A stretch of 63,900 nt of DNA, filler included, from Octopus bimaculoides (lineage: Eukaryota), in NCBI RefSeq assembly GCF_001194135.2. It is 8 parts of 7 records of this genome, joined end to end, with 100 filler letters (N's around TTAATTAATTAA, not from the genome) between each part and the next. Parts side by side here need not be neighbours in the genome. Positions count along the whole stretch, not along the records: positions 9,629 to 28,283 come from NC_068991.1; 7 more parts are not named here. One strand, written 5' to 3'. Position 1 is the first letter of the stretch. Each line of letters begins with the position of its first letter. A program made the translations under genes and the position numbers. Of this stretch, positions 11,246-23,439 are shown piece after piece. The notes below the pieces were generated by a model. That model saw nothing but the letters and a program-made list of their open reading frames with translations. It made no database searches and was not told where the DNA came from.

Positions 11246-11488
11246 ACTTCCAACATGCTGTTCAACCTGGATATCATATCTATAAAAGCCGAGATGTGTG
11301 TGTGTGTNNNNNNNNNNNNNNNNNNNNNNNNNNNNNNNNNNNNNNNNNNNNNNNNNNNNNNNNNNNNNNNNNNNNNNNNNNNNNNNNNNNNNNNNNNNNN
11401 NNNNNNNGTGTGTGTGTGTGTTAAATAAAATGAGACAACAAAGCGAAGGCTGTGCGAAATTTTCAGGACATTTATAAGGAGAAACTTA

Positions 11489-11536
11489 GTCTTACAGCTG
11501 TTTCTGGGATAATAGGGATATCCCTTCATCAGAGAC
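11489..11536 (-). ncRNA. Minimal hammerhead ribozyme in a PLE pLTR remnant (~11407-11690)
   Basis: GTCT-CTGATGA-A-GGGATA/TATCCC-A-GAAA-CAGCTG-TA-AGAC; 8-bp palindrome ACAGCTGT. Confidence 0.65.
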
Positions 11537-13527
11537 AATTTGAAATGGTTAAATAGAGGGAAACAGTAGAGTTCAATATAAGGAGTTATTTTGAAAAAGG
11601 ATGGAAATAAGAAGTATAAAGGGTAATAAGAGAATAAAAGTCAAAATAAAAATATATGTAGGATGTAATAGTTGCAGTTACATTATCCAATATATGTGTG
11701 TGTGTGTTCTTTTATTCTTTCAGCCATTCGACTGCGACCATGCTGGAGCACTATATATATAATTCCTACGAGGAAAGGTTTGAAAGTGACTTCGAATCTT
11801 TGGGTTGCTCGGCTTCATCAAACTGTCACAGTCTAAAGAAGGTGAGAAAGCCGTATTTCAAAGTCACTGTCAACATTTTCCTGGTAAAAGTTAAATATAT
11901 ACACACTCTATTTAAGTTTTAAGTAATACATCTATTTAATGCTAATGTTTTTATATGTAACTGGTATAAAAACAAACGTTTGATATATATATATACATAN
12001 NNNNNNNNNNNNNNNNNNNNNNNNNNNNNNNNNNNNNNNNNNNNNNNNNNNNNNNNNNNNNNNNNNNNNNNNNNNNNNNNNNNNNNNNNNNNNNNNNNNN
12101 NNNNNNNNNNNNNNNNNNNNNNNNNNNNNNNNNNNNNNNNNNNNNNNNNNNNNNNNNNNNNNNNNNNNNNNNNNNNNNNNNNNNNNNNNNNNNNNNNNNN
12201 NNNNNNNNNNNNNNNNNNNNNNNNNNNNNNNNNNNNNNNNNNNNNNNNNNNNNNNNNNNNNNNNNNNNNNNNNNNNNNNNNNNNNNNNNNNNNNNNNNNN
12301 NNNNNNNNNNNNNNNNNNNNNNNNNNNNNNNNNNNNNNNNNNNNNNNNNNNNNNNNNNNNNNNNNNNNNNNNNNNNNNNNNNNNNNNNNNNNNNNNNNNN
12401 NNNNNNNNNNNNNNNNNNNNNNNNNNNNNNNNNNNNNNNNNNNNNNNNNNNNNNNNNNNNNNNNNNNNNNNNNNNNNNNNNNNNNNNNNNNNNNNNNNNN
12501 NNNNNNNNNNNNNNNNNNNNNNNNNNNNNNNNNNNNNNNNNNNNNNNNNNNNNNNNNNNNNNNNNNNNNNNNNNNNNNNNNNNNNNNNNNNNNNNNNNNN
12601 NNNNNNNNNNNNNNNNNNNNNNNNNNNNNNNNNNNNNNNNNNNNNNNNNNNNNNNNNNNNNNNNNNNNNNNNNNNNNNNNNNNNNNNNNNNNNNNNNNNN
12701 NNNNNNNNNNNNNNNNNNNNNNNNNNNNNNNNNNNNNNNNNNNNNNNNNNNNNNNNNNNNNNNNNNNNNNNNNNNNNNNNNNNNNNNNNNNNNNNNNNNN
12801 NNNNNNNNNNNNNNNNNNNNNNNNNNNNNNNNNNNNNNNNNNNNNNNNNNNNNNNNNNNNNNNNNNNNNNNTCTCTCTCTCCCTCTCTCTCTCTCTAATG
12901 GTTCCTTGATCACACTCGCACCACTTCCGCCTTCTTTAAATCTACTAATTCTACCTCAAATTTTCCTCCACCCGCCATCCCATACTCCTGATTTCTCCGT
13001 CATCGATGTTTGTGTAGCCGTGACTAGGATTCTGAGACTTGGCCCGCCAGTTCACTCGTCATCCCACCCTTACTTGTGCTCGCCAAGTTGAACGAACCTC
13101 AGCACTATCTCCTCCGCACTCTCTCCTCCGCACACCCGCCTCTCAACTGCATCTCTTTTCCCATTTTTTTGCATCCCACTACTCACTCAACCCGTTCGTC
13201 AGAAGATCTACGGGCCTTCCGGTTTCTTCTATCCGATCTCACTTTCCCTGTTTGTCCCAAACCATCTCTCTCCTGCTTCAAATGTGCTCGAAATTTATGC
13301 GACCTATAGGTCCTCTCCTCCACTTCTGCCCATCCTGGAACCTTCTCTTGACCTAGACCCCGGTGCTTCACTTATCCCTTCACCATCAACACCACCTCCC
13401 TTACTGAAACCAACCAACACACTATTCATATGCGGCACTTTTTCTCTTGTGTCTTTTCTAACAACATCTGTTGCCTCAAATGTACCCTTTGTGACTCATA
13501 TGTTGGTCAGTCTGGCTGTCATCTAGC

Positions 13528-14100
13528 CCAGAGCTTCTCAAACTATCTGATGTGGCGTTCCGGCAGTTTTTTTTTTTGCAATGTGCCAGGGACCGGTAAT
13601 ATTTCTTAGTAATATTAATTTATACCAGAAACAATATATATAATAAATATATAATAAAAGTTGACCTTTATTTTATCTTATATATATTTTGTAAACAAAT
13701 AATACAATATTACATAAGCATTTTATAAACTTTGTATAAACTCTCAGGTTGTTATAGTGTAAGGACTGATTATGGAGATCCTTGCATTTATTATCATAGT
13801 GCAGACCGTAGGTGAACGATCTCATTTGGGCATGACAGAACACCTTCGTGCTTGCAGTTTAAGTAGGTGTCAGGTGAAGAGTTTCTAAACATACCTCTTT
13901 TCTCAATTCAGCATAACCTGGATTTTTGCTAATGTAGAAGAACTTGGGTTTCATTTTTCCAGCATTCTCCACTTGATGATGAACCCCATCAATAATTTTA
14001 TTCCAATGATTTCGTATCGTTGTTTTTCACAGCACCCACTATCTGAATGTGACACTTTTTCATCTTCTGTAAAAGAGAGCAATCACTATTTCTTCAATGC
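13528..14100 (-). mobile_element. hAT (Charlie-like) 3' remnant
   Basis: CAGAGCTTCTCAAACT resembles a Charlie-type TIR; weak ELxK..TY..SVM..R...SP residue; 13650-13735 recurs at 54755-54840. Confidence 0.35.
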
Positions 14101-14169
14101 AAACTTTGACGAACGCGGTTATTATATAATCGTCTGATTACCAAATATCCTACACAAAACGACTGGCAA

Positions 14170-14715
14170 GATCAGCTCTAATGGATTTATAATACTATAC
14201 TTTACTTTGATTAATGTGTGTGTGTGCGTGAGTATGAGTATGTGTGCGTATGTGTTTGTATGAGTGTGTGTATGTGTGTGTGTATAAGTGCGTATGTGTA
14301 TTATATAAAAGTTAATGTTTGTGCGTTCGTGTGTTACTTATAGACTCGAAAACTACAGGACCGATCCTAATGAAATTTGGAGCACAAAATCCAAGCCTAG
14401 GGAGAAGGGTAATGCCGTATGTTTCATACAATTTTGATGAGGCATAAAGCGGGGCAGAACCCTCCGTAAAAATTTATATGCTTCGGAATTTGACGAAATT
14501 TGAACCATAGGTATTAGAAATAAATTTTAAAATATACCCAAAATCTCCATTTCTTTGGATGATTCTAAAACCCACTAATCCCCAAATTTTAGTCATTTTT
14601 CATGGACCAAAATTATTGAATGAATCCTTATGATATTTGGAACTTAGATTCAATGCATTATGTTTGTTTCCACATACATTCTCAGCGGCTTTCCAATTTT
14701 GGCCATATAAAATTT
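14170..14715 (+). repeat. Helitron/HINE-like non-autonomous repeat
   Basis: (TG) microsatellite followed by ACTACAGGACCGATCCTAATGAAATTTGG core. Confidence 0.35.
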
Positions 14716-14719
14716 TCTC

Positions 14720-15130
14720 TTCAATCTGTCTGACGAGCTCTCTTTGAATTTCATTCTTGACTATTTTTCCTATTACACGCTTATCACCTCTTATTTATTC
14801 GCTGCCTTTAGTAGTTTTTCTGTGCTGTTCTGTAAATACTCTACTAGGCTTTTTCTTTCCATCTCTACACATTCTTCTGCTACTGAGCCTCTTCTACCCT
14901 GGTCTCTCCTCAAGTACAGCCGGTTGATATCAGCTTTCGAATGGTGGGCTCCATACATTGTCACCAACTTTCTGGTTTTTCTGTCAGATTTCTGTATGTC
15001 GTTTTCAGTCTTGTCTATAATTCTAACCCCTGATCAGATTAAGGGTACTGCTGTTTAATTCATTGCTTCAATAAGATTTTTTGAATTTACTTTTAACTGT
15101 AGTAATTTTATCATTATTTTTCGTATGTGT
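14720..15130 (-). mobile_element. R4/Dong-like LINE post-RT fragment
   Basis: My translation: NLIEAMN*TAVPLI..DRKTRKLVTMYGAHHSKADINRLYLRR..GRRG..E..SLVEYLQNS.EKLLKAA. Confidence 0.8.
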
Positions 15131-15765
15131 ATTTCGTGTGCAAGATTCTTGATGTGGATACGTGTGTTGAAAGAAATACAATTAAACCTTGGGAGAGGCA
15201 TTATGCTGGTAATAAGCACACGCACTGGTTCAGTCCTTTATTAATTTATAAACAGTATATAGTTTTTTGTTAAATAATTTCATTGCACTCTTGCAATCTC
15301 TTCAGTAACTTGTCTCTCCACTTCCATTTATTTTGAATGTATGATTTGGCGTTGGTTTGAAACTGTTCGGTATGAGCATGTGAGTGTATGCAACCTNNNN
15401 NNNNNNNNNNNNNNNNNNNNNNNNNNNNNNNNNNNNNNNNNNNNNNNNNNNNNNNNNNNNNNNNNNNNNNNNNNNNNNNNNNNNNNNNNNNNNNNNNNNN
15501 NNNNNNNNNNNNNNNNNNNNNNNNNNNNNNNNNNNNNNNNNNNNNNNNNNNNNNNNNNNNNNNNNNNNNNNNNNNNNNNNNNNNNNNNNNNNNNNNNNNN
15601 NNNNNNNNNNNNNNNNNNNNNNNNNNNNNNNNNNNNNNNNNNNNNNNNNNNNNNNNNNNNNNNNNNNNNNNNNNNNNNNNNNNNNNNNNNNNNNNNNNNN
15701 NNNNNNNNNNNNNNNNNNNNNNNNNNNNNNNNNNNNNNNNNNNNNNNNNNNNNNNNNNNNNNNNN

Positions 15766-15807
<42 letters not shown>

Positions 15808-16324
15808 CAAAAGAAGCTAGCACTTTAGTGCAAGTTTTATTCACTTGTTACTCACTTACGCCCTATTCTGAATAAACCCATATTTCTTCAAAACCGCAGT
15901 TAAACATAATATGGTCTAACTCTAAGCTATGTGATGTACAGTTCACCGCAATATTAAATCTTACTTACCGGCTATGAGGTATTTTTTTCCTACATCAAAA
16001 CGTGACACACAAGTTCCAGCGTTTAAAAGAGACTCCAATGGATAAGTTCCAGTGATATTCAGTCTTGAAAGGTAATCCTAAGGAGAATATGGAAAAGAAC
16101 TCTTTGGATTCCGTTAAAGAAATAATGGTATTTCATAAAAACAGATGAGAGGGTTTCTATAGCACCTACAGGAAACTCACTTATCCTACTTCAAACAATC
16201 AAAGTACATCCTACTGCCTTCTCTATATGTATGCACCCTCCTCCACCTATCTCTTTCTCTCTCACGCACACACACACACACATGCACACACACACACATG
16301 CACAAACACACACACACACACACA

Positions 16325-16360
<36 letters not shown>

Positions 16361-17089
16361 NNNNNNNNNNNNNNNNNNNNNNNNNNNNNNNNNNNNNNNN
16401 NNNNNNNNNNNNNNNNNNNNNNNNNNNNNNNNNNNNNNNNNNNNNNNNNNNNNNNNNNNNNNNNNNNNNNNNNNNNNNNNNNNNNNNNNNNNNNNNNNNN
16501 NNNNNNNNNNNNNNNNNNNNNNNNNNNNNNNNNNNNNNNNNNNNNNNNNNNNNNNNNNNNNNNNNNNNNNNNNNNNNNNNNNNNNNNNNNNNNNNNNNNN
16601 NNNNNNNNNNNNNNNNNNNNNNNNNNNNNNNNNNNNNNNNNNNNNNNNNNNNNNNNNNNNNNNNNNNNNNNNNNNNNNNNNNNNNNNNNNNNNNNNNNNN
16701 NNNNNNNNNNNNNNNNNNNNNNNNNNNNNNNNNNNNNNNNNNNNNNNNNNNNNNNGAGGGAGTTGCTAACACCTGGTTAATTTCTTGTGAGTCCGAGGGG
16801 TAAACATACCTCAAATGAATAGCTGTTCTTCATAGATATGCGTTATTTCCCGATCTTTAGGTCTGGAAATGACATTTGGAAAAGAGAACTTGTCCACGTT
16901 GATTATTGCGATGCAGAATATATGATGTTTCTTAATTGGCTCTTGAGAGTTTTCCGCACCTAAAGGTCACTTTTCATTGGTGTCCTGTTTTGTTTTCGAT
17001 ATCTCTCGATTATTTTGCTATCTTCATTTTATTTATTTTATATAATCTTCCACTGAGACATACCTTGTCCTGTGTCGTCATTATTATTA

Positions 17090-17290
17090 TTACTGCTGCT
17101 GATAAGAGATGCACATATTGTCAGCCACTAAGGGATATGCTCAACTGGTTAAGGTCAAACAACTGACAAACAAATGTGATATTGAGCAGATTATTTGCTG
17201 TAGCCCATCTGTTATACCAAGACAAAACAATATACATGATAACACTTCCAATCAGTTAAGATGAAAAGCCATGAGAGTCAGTGCCTGGTA
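17090..17290. repeat. Family C repeat, partial copy
   Basis: Matches the right ~200 bp of 17566-18123; (TTA)n on both sides. Confidence 0.85.
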
Positions 17291-17320
17291 TTATTATCAT
17301 TATTGTTGTTGTTATTATTA

Positions 17321-17525
17321 AGGCGGAGAGTTGGCAAAATCTTTAGCATGCTAGGCAAAATGCTTAGCAGCATTTCGACTGACTTTACGCTCATAGTTTA
17401 AATTCCGCCAAGGTCGACTTAGCATTTCATCGTTTCGAGCTCGATATATTAAGTACCAGTTAATTACTGGGGTCGACTGTACACATACCCACAAATTCCA
17501 GGCCTTGTGCCTATAGTACAAAGGA
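17321..17525 (+). mobile_element. SINE family B with (TTA)n tail
   Basis: AGGCGG..TGGCAAAATC A-box-like head, GTTTAAATTCC B-box-like, tail GGCCTTGTGCCTATAGTA..(TTA)n. Confidence 0.85.
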
Positions 17526-17565
17526 TTACTATTATTATTATTATTATTATTATTATCATTATTAT

Positions 17566-18123
17566 TGAATGAGAGTGCAGTGCATGCTATCAAAGTGACA
17601 CTGGAGTAAAATATAAAAATACCAGTATACTCATCATGACTACCCGTCTCACAAGAGTACACCAGGCACATACATTATAACCATATATGAGCGACATGGT
17701 GATCTCATATCGAAATAAACAGCGAATGACCTTGCAGGTGGGGGTCCAGTTAGAAGCTTCCTCAGGTTAAGTAGCCTATCTCGCTCAAAAGGTCCCTAAA
17801 CAAGGGTTGTTTCAGGAGGTCGAACGAATCACTCATGCTTCCACAGGTGAATTATCCAAACCCCAAAGAATTCCTCTCAGCATATAGCTATGATACTCCC
17901 CCACTACTTCTGCTCGTGATCAGAGATGCACATATCGTCAGCCACTAAGAGACATGTTCAACTAGTTAAGGTCAAACAACTGACAAGCAAATCTGTGGTA
18001 TTGAGCAGAATATTTGCTGTAGTCCATCTTTTATACTAAGACAAAACAATGTACATGATAACACTTCCAGTCAGTTAAGATCAGAAGTCATGAGAGCCAC
18101 TGTCTGTTACTGCATCAGGGCAT
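17566..18123. repeat. Family C 555-bp non-coding repeat (full copy 1)
   Basis: Colinear with 25761-26314, 51318-51875 and 60054-60608; identical termini; (TTA)n flanks. Confidence 0.9.
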
Positions 18124-18139
18124 TTTATTATTATTATTA

Positions 18140-19056
18140 TTCAGTAGTCTCTTTTTTATAGCGTGCTTTCACTTCACTACCAAGCGCAGCTCTGTGTGCC
18201 TTGGGTATGTGCTGTGATTTGCTGTGATACTCTTATGGTTACTATATTGAAAGTGTTTTGCGTAGGATGTGTGCAGTGCCCAGTAGTGCAATTTTTTGTA
18301 TGTTATATATATTTGTAAGTCCTGGTGTCTTTGTTTTGTATTTGTCTGAATATTTTTTTTATCATACCTAATGCACCTACTATGATAGGAATTGTTTCTG
18401 TTTTTAGATTCCACATTCGAGTTACCTCTATTTCCAGGTCTTTGTATTTCGAAAGTTTCTCCATTTCCTTTAGAGAAACGTTGTCATCTGCTGGTATTGG
18501 TACATCAATTAGAAAGCATTTTTTTCTTCGTGATCTCTAACAACTATATCTGGCCTATTGGCTTTAATTTCTCTATCTGTGTGTATTGGCATATCCCAGA
18601 GTATGGTTGCTTTCTCGTTTTCTGTGACCTTTTCTGGCGTGTGCCTATACCATCTTTTTTCTGTTGTTATTCCATAGTGTTGGCATAGCTTCCAGTGTAT
18701 GTAGGTCCCAGTTCTGTCGTGTCTGTGAATATATTCCTTCTTAGCCAGGACTGGGCAGCCAGAGATAATATGATTTATTGTTTCTTGTCCATCGCCACAT
18801 ATTCTGCAGTTACTTGTTATGTTTCTTTTCATTATATGTTTTTGGTAATTTCTGGTGGGGAGTCTTTGGTCTTGTACTGCAATTAAAAATACTTCAGTCT
18901 CTGTTTGAGTCCTGAGCTTCTCAACCATTGCTGGGATTTTTCTCTGTCTATTTCTTTTGCATTTAGTTTAGCCCGGTATTTGCCATGAAGGGGCTTTTCC
19001 TGCCATCGTTTTATCATGGTCCGTTGCTGTTCTAGTTTTAGTTTGGATTTCATTTC
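18140..19056 (-). mobile_element. R4/Dong-like LINE 3' part, lineage 2, with 3' UTR and (TAA)n tail
   Basis: WQEKPLHGKY, CRIC..ETINHIISGC, RHD, ANRPDIVV; about 90% similar by eye to 35430-36347. Confidence 0.9.
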
Positions 19057-19201
19057 TTCTTCTTCTTCTTCTTCTTCTTCTTCTTCTTCTTCTTCTTCTT
19101 CTTTTTCTTCTTCTTCTTCTTCTTCTTCTTCTTCTTCTTCTTCTTCTTCTTCTTCTTCTTCTTCTTCTTCTTCTTCTTCTCCTCCTCCTCCTCCTCCTCC
19201 T
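19054..19201. repeat. (TTC)n/(TCC)n microsatellite
   Basis: Direct reading. Confidence 0.95.
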
Positions 19202-19269
19202 CTTCCAAAGTTATGATAGTTCACAAACGATGTTTCACATCACTTATTTTTTTGTTTCAGTTCATTGAC

Positions 19270-20920
19270 CTCAAACGATCGTTTGAATGTTCCGTTTACG
19301 CTATTGCACAAAGCGCTTATGGGTGTACCCCATAAATTAAATTTCTCCTTTAATTTGGTGCCAAATAAATTCATGGATTTTTTTCAACACATAAACATTC
19401 AATTTTCTGGTTCGACCTTTGAATATTATATTACAAACGCGTTCGCCCGTGAAATATAATTTTCTTCCCGTAGAACCGTACGCTATTTTGTTTTACATAA
19501 TTTTGGTTGACCAATTTGTTCCCATGTTTTCTCATTTTTGATTTACCTGACGTTTTATAATCTTCATTCTACAGTGCGACTTTATATGTCCTATACTTCT
19601 ACAATGAAAACACTCTACTTTTTTAAATGGACAATTTTTCCTCAGGTTTATACCACCACATGCAAAACATGGGTTTTAATCCTGATGTTTGTCGTATTTT
19701 TAGAAAACACATTATCTCTATTCAAACTATTCCGCACTGGTTGTACTTGGAAACAATCACTACACTCAATTTCCTTTGTGTCTTGTCTTAATTTAAGTAT
19801 CCTTTCATATTCTTCAAACACATTTTGCGGGGTTGCATCCTGGCTTTGCTCCAGCTTTGCAAGAATTCTAGGTCTGACTTCTACGTCCTTTTCGACAGTT
19901 CCTGTGTACAAATCAGGCATTACAACTTATCTGTAGTTAATTTATCTTCCTTATACTTCTCGCATTCCCTGTTTACTCTACCAGCATATGTGATAAACTC
20001 TTCGTTGTTATTTTTTCTCTATGTTCAGATACTTTCAACGTGTGTTGAACAATGAGCTGTTTCCACTGAAAATCTTACACAATATATCGATTGTGACATT
20101 GAAGTTTATGTCCGAAGGTTTTCTTGGGAGTAGAGCCAGTTTTCCCAAGATTAAACGAGTTTTCATCTCGTCATCCCAATCTTTACATTCTTTCTCGAAA
20201 ATTTTTTCATTCCTTCTGTAGAATGCTTCAAAGGCAACTCCTTTGTCAACTTCGTATTTGAATTCAGTTATTGAATTTGTGGCATAGTCTGGCGAGAACA
20301 ATTTTCTGGCTTTCCTGACAACTTCAGTAATTACAGCATTTGTTGTTGTAATATTAGTTGTTGCTGTTGCTGCTGTTCTTGCTCTTGCATTTGTATCTGC
20401 TGTTGCTGCTGCTGCTGCTATTTTTGCAACTCGAGCAAACCTGCCACCAAATTTTCTATACTTTTACGATTTTTCGTCAAAGTCGTACAACAAACTTTGT
20501 GAGCTAATTAACTTCTCTTTGAGATTCTATTAACTCCCCATGAATTGGTTTATCCTCGTCAACACTGTTATAAAGCGGTCTTCTACCACTGTTGTTTGTC
20601 TTTGTACGACGGTTGTCGTTCAGACAGATATTGTTATATTCCGAAGTCGTCGATAGAATGTTTCTATCTGGCACTGTACGACTCCCAATCGTACAATGTT
20701 ATTACCCTCAAAAGATTGCATAGTTATAATGTCCACTCAGTATCACTGTATAATTACTATATCAGCACAGACAGAACTATCAACGTATTCTACACGTACT
20801 CTTGTACTCTACATACTTTCTCGATACTGGCCGATATCACCTTACTTGTAGTGACTGGCCATTCCACTCGTCACGTGGTCATTCCACTTGTTACGTGGCA
20901 AACGGTTTAGATATCGGACA
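19270..20920 (-). mobile_element. Gypsy LTR retrotransposon 5' half (LTR, PBS, gag, partial protease)
   Basis: Gag N-terminus ITEFKY..FEAFYRR.E.IF..W...KTRLIL.KL; two Cys/His knuckles near 19560-19680; protease-like NEKTWEQIGQPKL..NLFG; LTR TG..CA 20920-20566. Confidence 0.8.
20552..20564 (-). promoter_or_regulatory. Primer-binding site (degenerate TGGCGACGAGGAT type)
   Basis: TGTTGACGAGGAT lies 1 nt after the LTR ...TAACA end. Confidence 0.55.
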
Positions 20921-21519
20921 AAAGAAAAGGAAATAAAGCAATACAAGCATCCTCACAAAAAACTGGCAGGTATTACGAGGAGGAGATAACCCTCGAAAAC
21001 AAATACTCAAATACTTCCCCCAACAGTAACCACACCAGTACCTCAAAATGACAATAACATCCCCATCACTACAGTCACCACCAACACTATCACAGACGCC
21101 ACCGTCACAACCACAACCCAGTTCACACAAGCAACTTTCAATTGCACATCTCAATACCAGCAAAATTCAAACATGTTGAACATTTTGAACTATACAACAA
21201 TAGTAACCAACAATAAAATATTAATGAATCACATAAATAACCATACATGCATCGCGCACACCGACTTTATCACACCGAAAACCAAAACACCAACACATAT
21301 TAAAGTCATACAAACATCACAACACATATATAACATCATCAAAATCAAACACCCTGAGGACACAAATAAACGATTATATAAAGAACTGCTCGTGGAAATA
21401 TCCACACATACCAATGGGGATGCAGCATCCGTCTCTTCTTCGCCAACTAAATCACAGTAAGTACTCTCTTCTGCTTCTATACTTGATCTTACATGATACT
21501 GCTCAGAGTAGGTAGTATA

Positions 21520-23062
21520 GATGCACATGGCCTGGAGTCACCTTGAAAACAAGGCCATCTACTCAACGACCTCAAGTCACTAAGTGTCGATGTAGTGGCT
21601 ATCACTGAAACTAGACTCTCCGAAGCTTGAATCATAAGATAAGGACTATCTTCCTGGATCCAGAAGGTAAGTTAGTGGTTGTGGGTGTGAACAGTAGGGA
21701 TGGGCATGCTTTCAGACTGATGCTTCTGACAGGAGCAAGACAGCCGGACGTTTTTAGATGCCTGGAGGTTTTCATAGGAACGTCTCGTCCTTTAGTGCTT
21801 AAGGGCAACTGGATCGCTATCTTAGAGCCACGTTTGAACCTATGAGGCTACCGGATAAAAGAGGTGGGTGTAAAAGCCTCACAAAAGTACTCAGACGTTT
21901 TCGGGTACCGGCTAGATTTCCCGAATGTGCCAGTGTAGACCTGGTCTAGCTGCATTGGGTCATCCAGATCGTATCTGGATATTCTGTAAACCAATTGATA
22001 AGTTGTCCATTTTTTTTTTAACATTTGGCTGCACAAACCACAAATTTATGATCTGTACAGTCGACTTAGATAAACTACGGAAGCAGGACACCGGTTACTG
22101 GAAGCTGAATGCATTATTCCTGATGTGCCAAGCTTACAGAGACCGGATTAGCGAATTAGTTAAACGGGCATTAACAGGATCAATCTTCAACAATAAATGG
22201 TGGCATGCCATAAAAAGAGCAATTAGAATAGAATCGATTAGGTTTAGCAAGGCACTAGATAGAGTAAAATAGAAAAGAAGAAAACCTAGTTAGGAATTAA
22301 GAAGAGGTATTGCAACTGATGTGCATGCGGTGAGATTGGTCTGGGACCAATTCTTCAACGCCAAGCACGAAAGATACATTGTCATAGCTAAGGGGCGTGC
22401 ACTAATATATGAGGAAACTAAAGCCGTTCGATAGGTCCGAGTGGCAGAGGATCAACGAAACAACAAAGCTACAATTCGGTCTTTGATGGCCTAAAGCGAG
22501 CGCAGAATACTTGAGCCTGAGTAGATGTGTGTGGAATTTCAGCGGCACTGCGCCCAACTGTTTGGGACGAATGATGGATTTTAGTGCCTACTTCGATGGA
22601 CTTTATGATGGATTTTGATGCCTACTTCGATGGCATGCCACGACTCTCAGCAAATGGAGTGTGACGTTGTGAAATTCCGATAACAACCGCAGCAATGCGG
22701 GATACAATGATGGGCTGCACAGGGAACAAATCGCCTGGTTTGGATGATCTGCCCTACGAGATTTACAATTATATGCCAGACTTGTTTGGCGGCCTTTTAG
22801 CAGATCTCTACCGCAACTGGCAGCAGAACAGGATAATTCCTAATTCTATGAACCGTGGAGCAGTGGCCCTGCTTGGAAAGGAGCCAACCAAAGGGGATCA
22901 AATAGAAAATTTTCAGCCCATAACGCTGCTGAATACAGATTTCAGAATTTTGGCTAAGGTGCTACTGAAGAGGTTGGCGCTTGTCGTCAAAGAACTGACT
23001 GGTGATGCGCAAACATGCACCATCCCAAGCAGATCCATTCACGAAAACCTCTACCACATGCA
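21520..23062 (+). mobile_element. Tx1/L1-clade LINE ORF2 remnant (APE + start of RT), copy 1
   Basis: HGL..K..LLNDL..VAITETRL; GYWKLN; KSPGLD.LPYE.Y; NF.PITLLNTDFRILAKVL. Confidence 0.9.
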
Positions 23063-23067
23063 ACACG

Positions 23068-23325
23068 TCTCTACGTTCAGAGTTCCAATTCTGCCGAAGT
23101 CGACTTTGCCTTTCACCCTTTCGGGGTCGACAAATTAAATACCAGTGTGACATTGGGGTCGATGTAATTGTCTAGTCTCCACCTACCAAATCTCAGGCCT
23201 TGTGCCTTTAGTAGAAAGAATTATTATTATTATTATTAATATATTTCGCCCGTCGGTACGTTCTGAGTTCAAATTCCACTGAAGTCCACTTTGTCTTTCA
23301 TCCTTTGCTCAGAACATTCGGTCTT
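23068..23325 (+). mobile_element. Two 5'-truncated SINE B copies joined by (TTA)n
   Basis: Body GTCGACTTTGCCTTTCA; tail GGCCTTGTGCC..AGTAGAAAG. Confidence 0.8.
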
Positions 23326-23439
23326 CTTTGCTCTGGTAGATTCCCTGAGAATGGACACCAGCCTGCTGTCAGAGGTTTCACAAGGTCTTTTTCCGGACAT
23401 TGTAAGCTTTGATACTTGGTTGTTAATTATCGTGGGAGA

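Noticed and set aside
11951-12913. Long ORFs of 150-370 aa spanning N-runs (also 15302, 16191, 24065, 31992, 38624, 46061, 54061, 56124)
   Set aside because: They are open only because of Ns and dinucleotide or trinucleotide repeats.
20441-20450. TGGTGGCAG as the Gypsy PBS
   Set aside because: It is not preceded by an LTR ..CA end; the site at 20552-20564 fits better.
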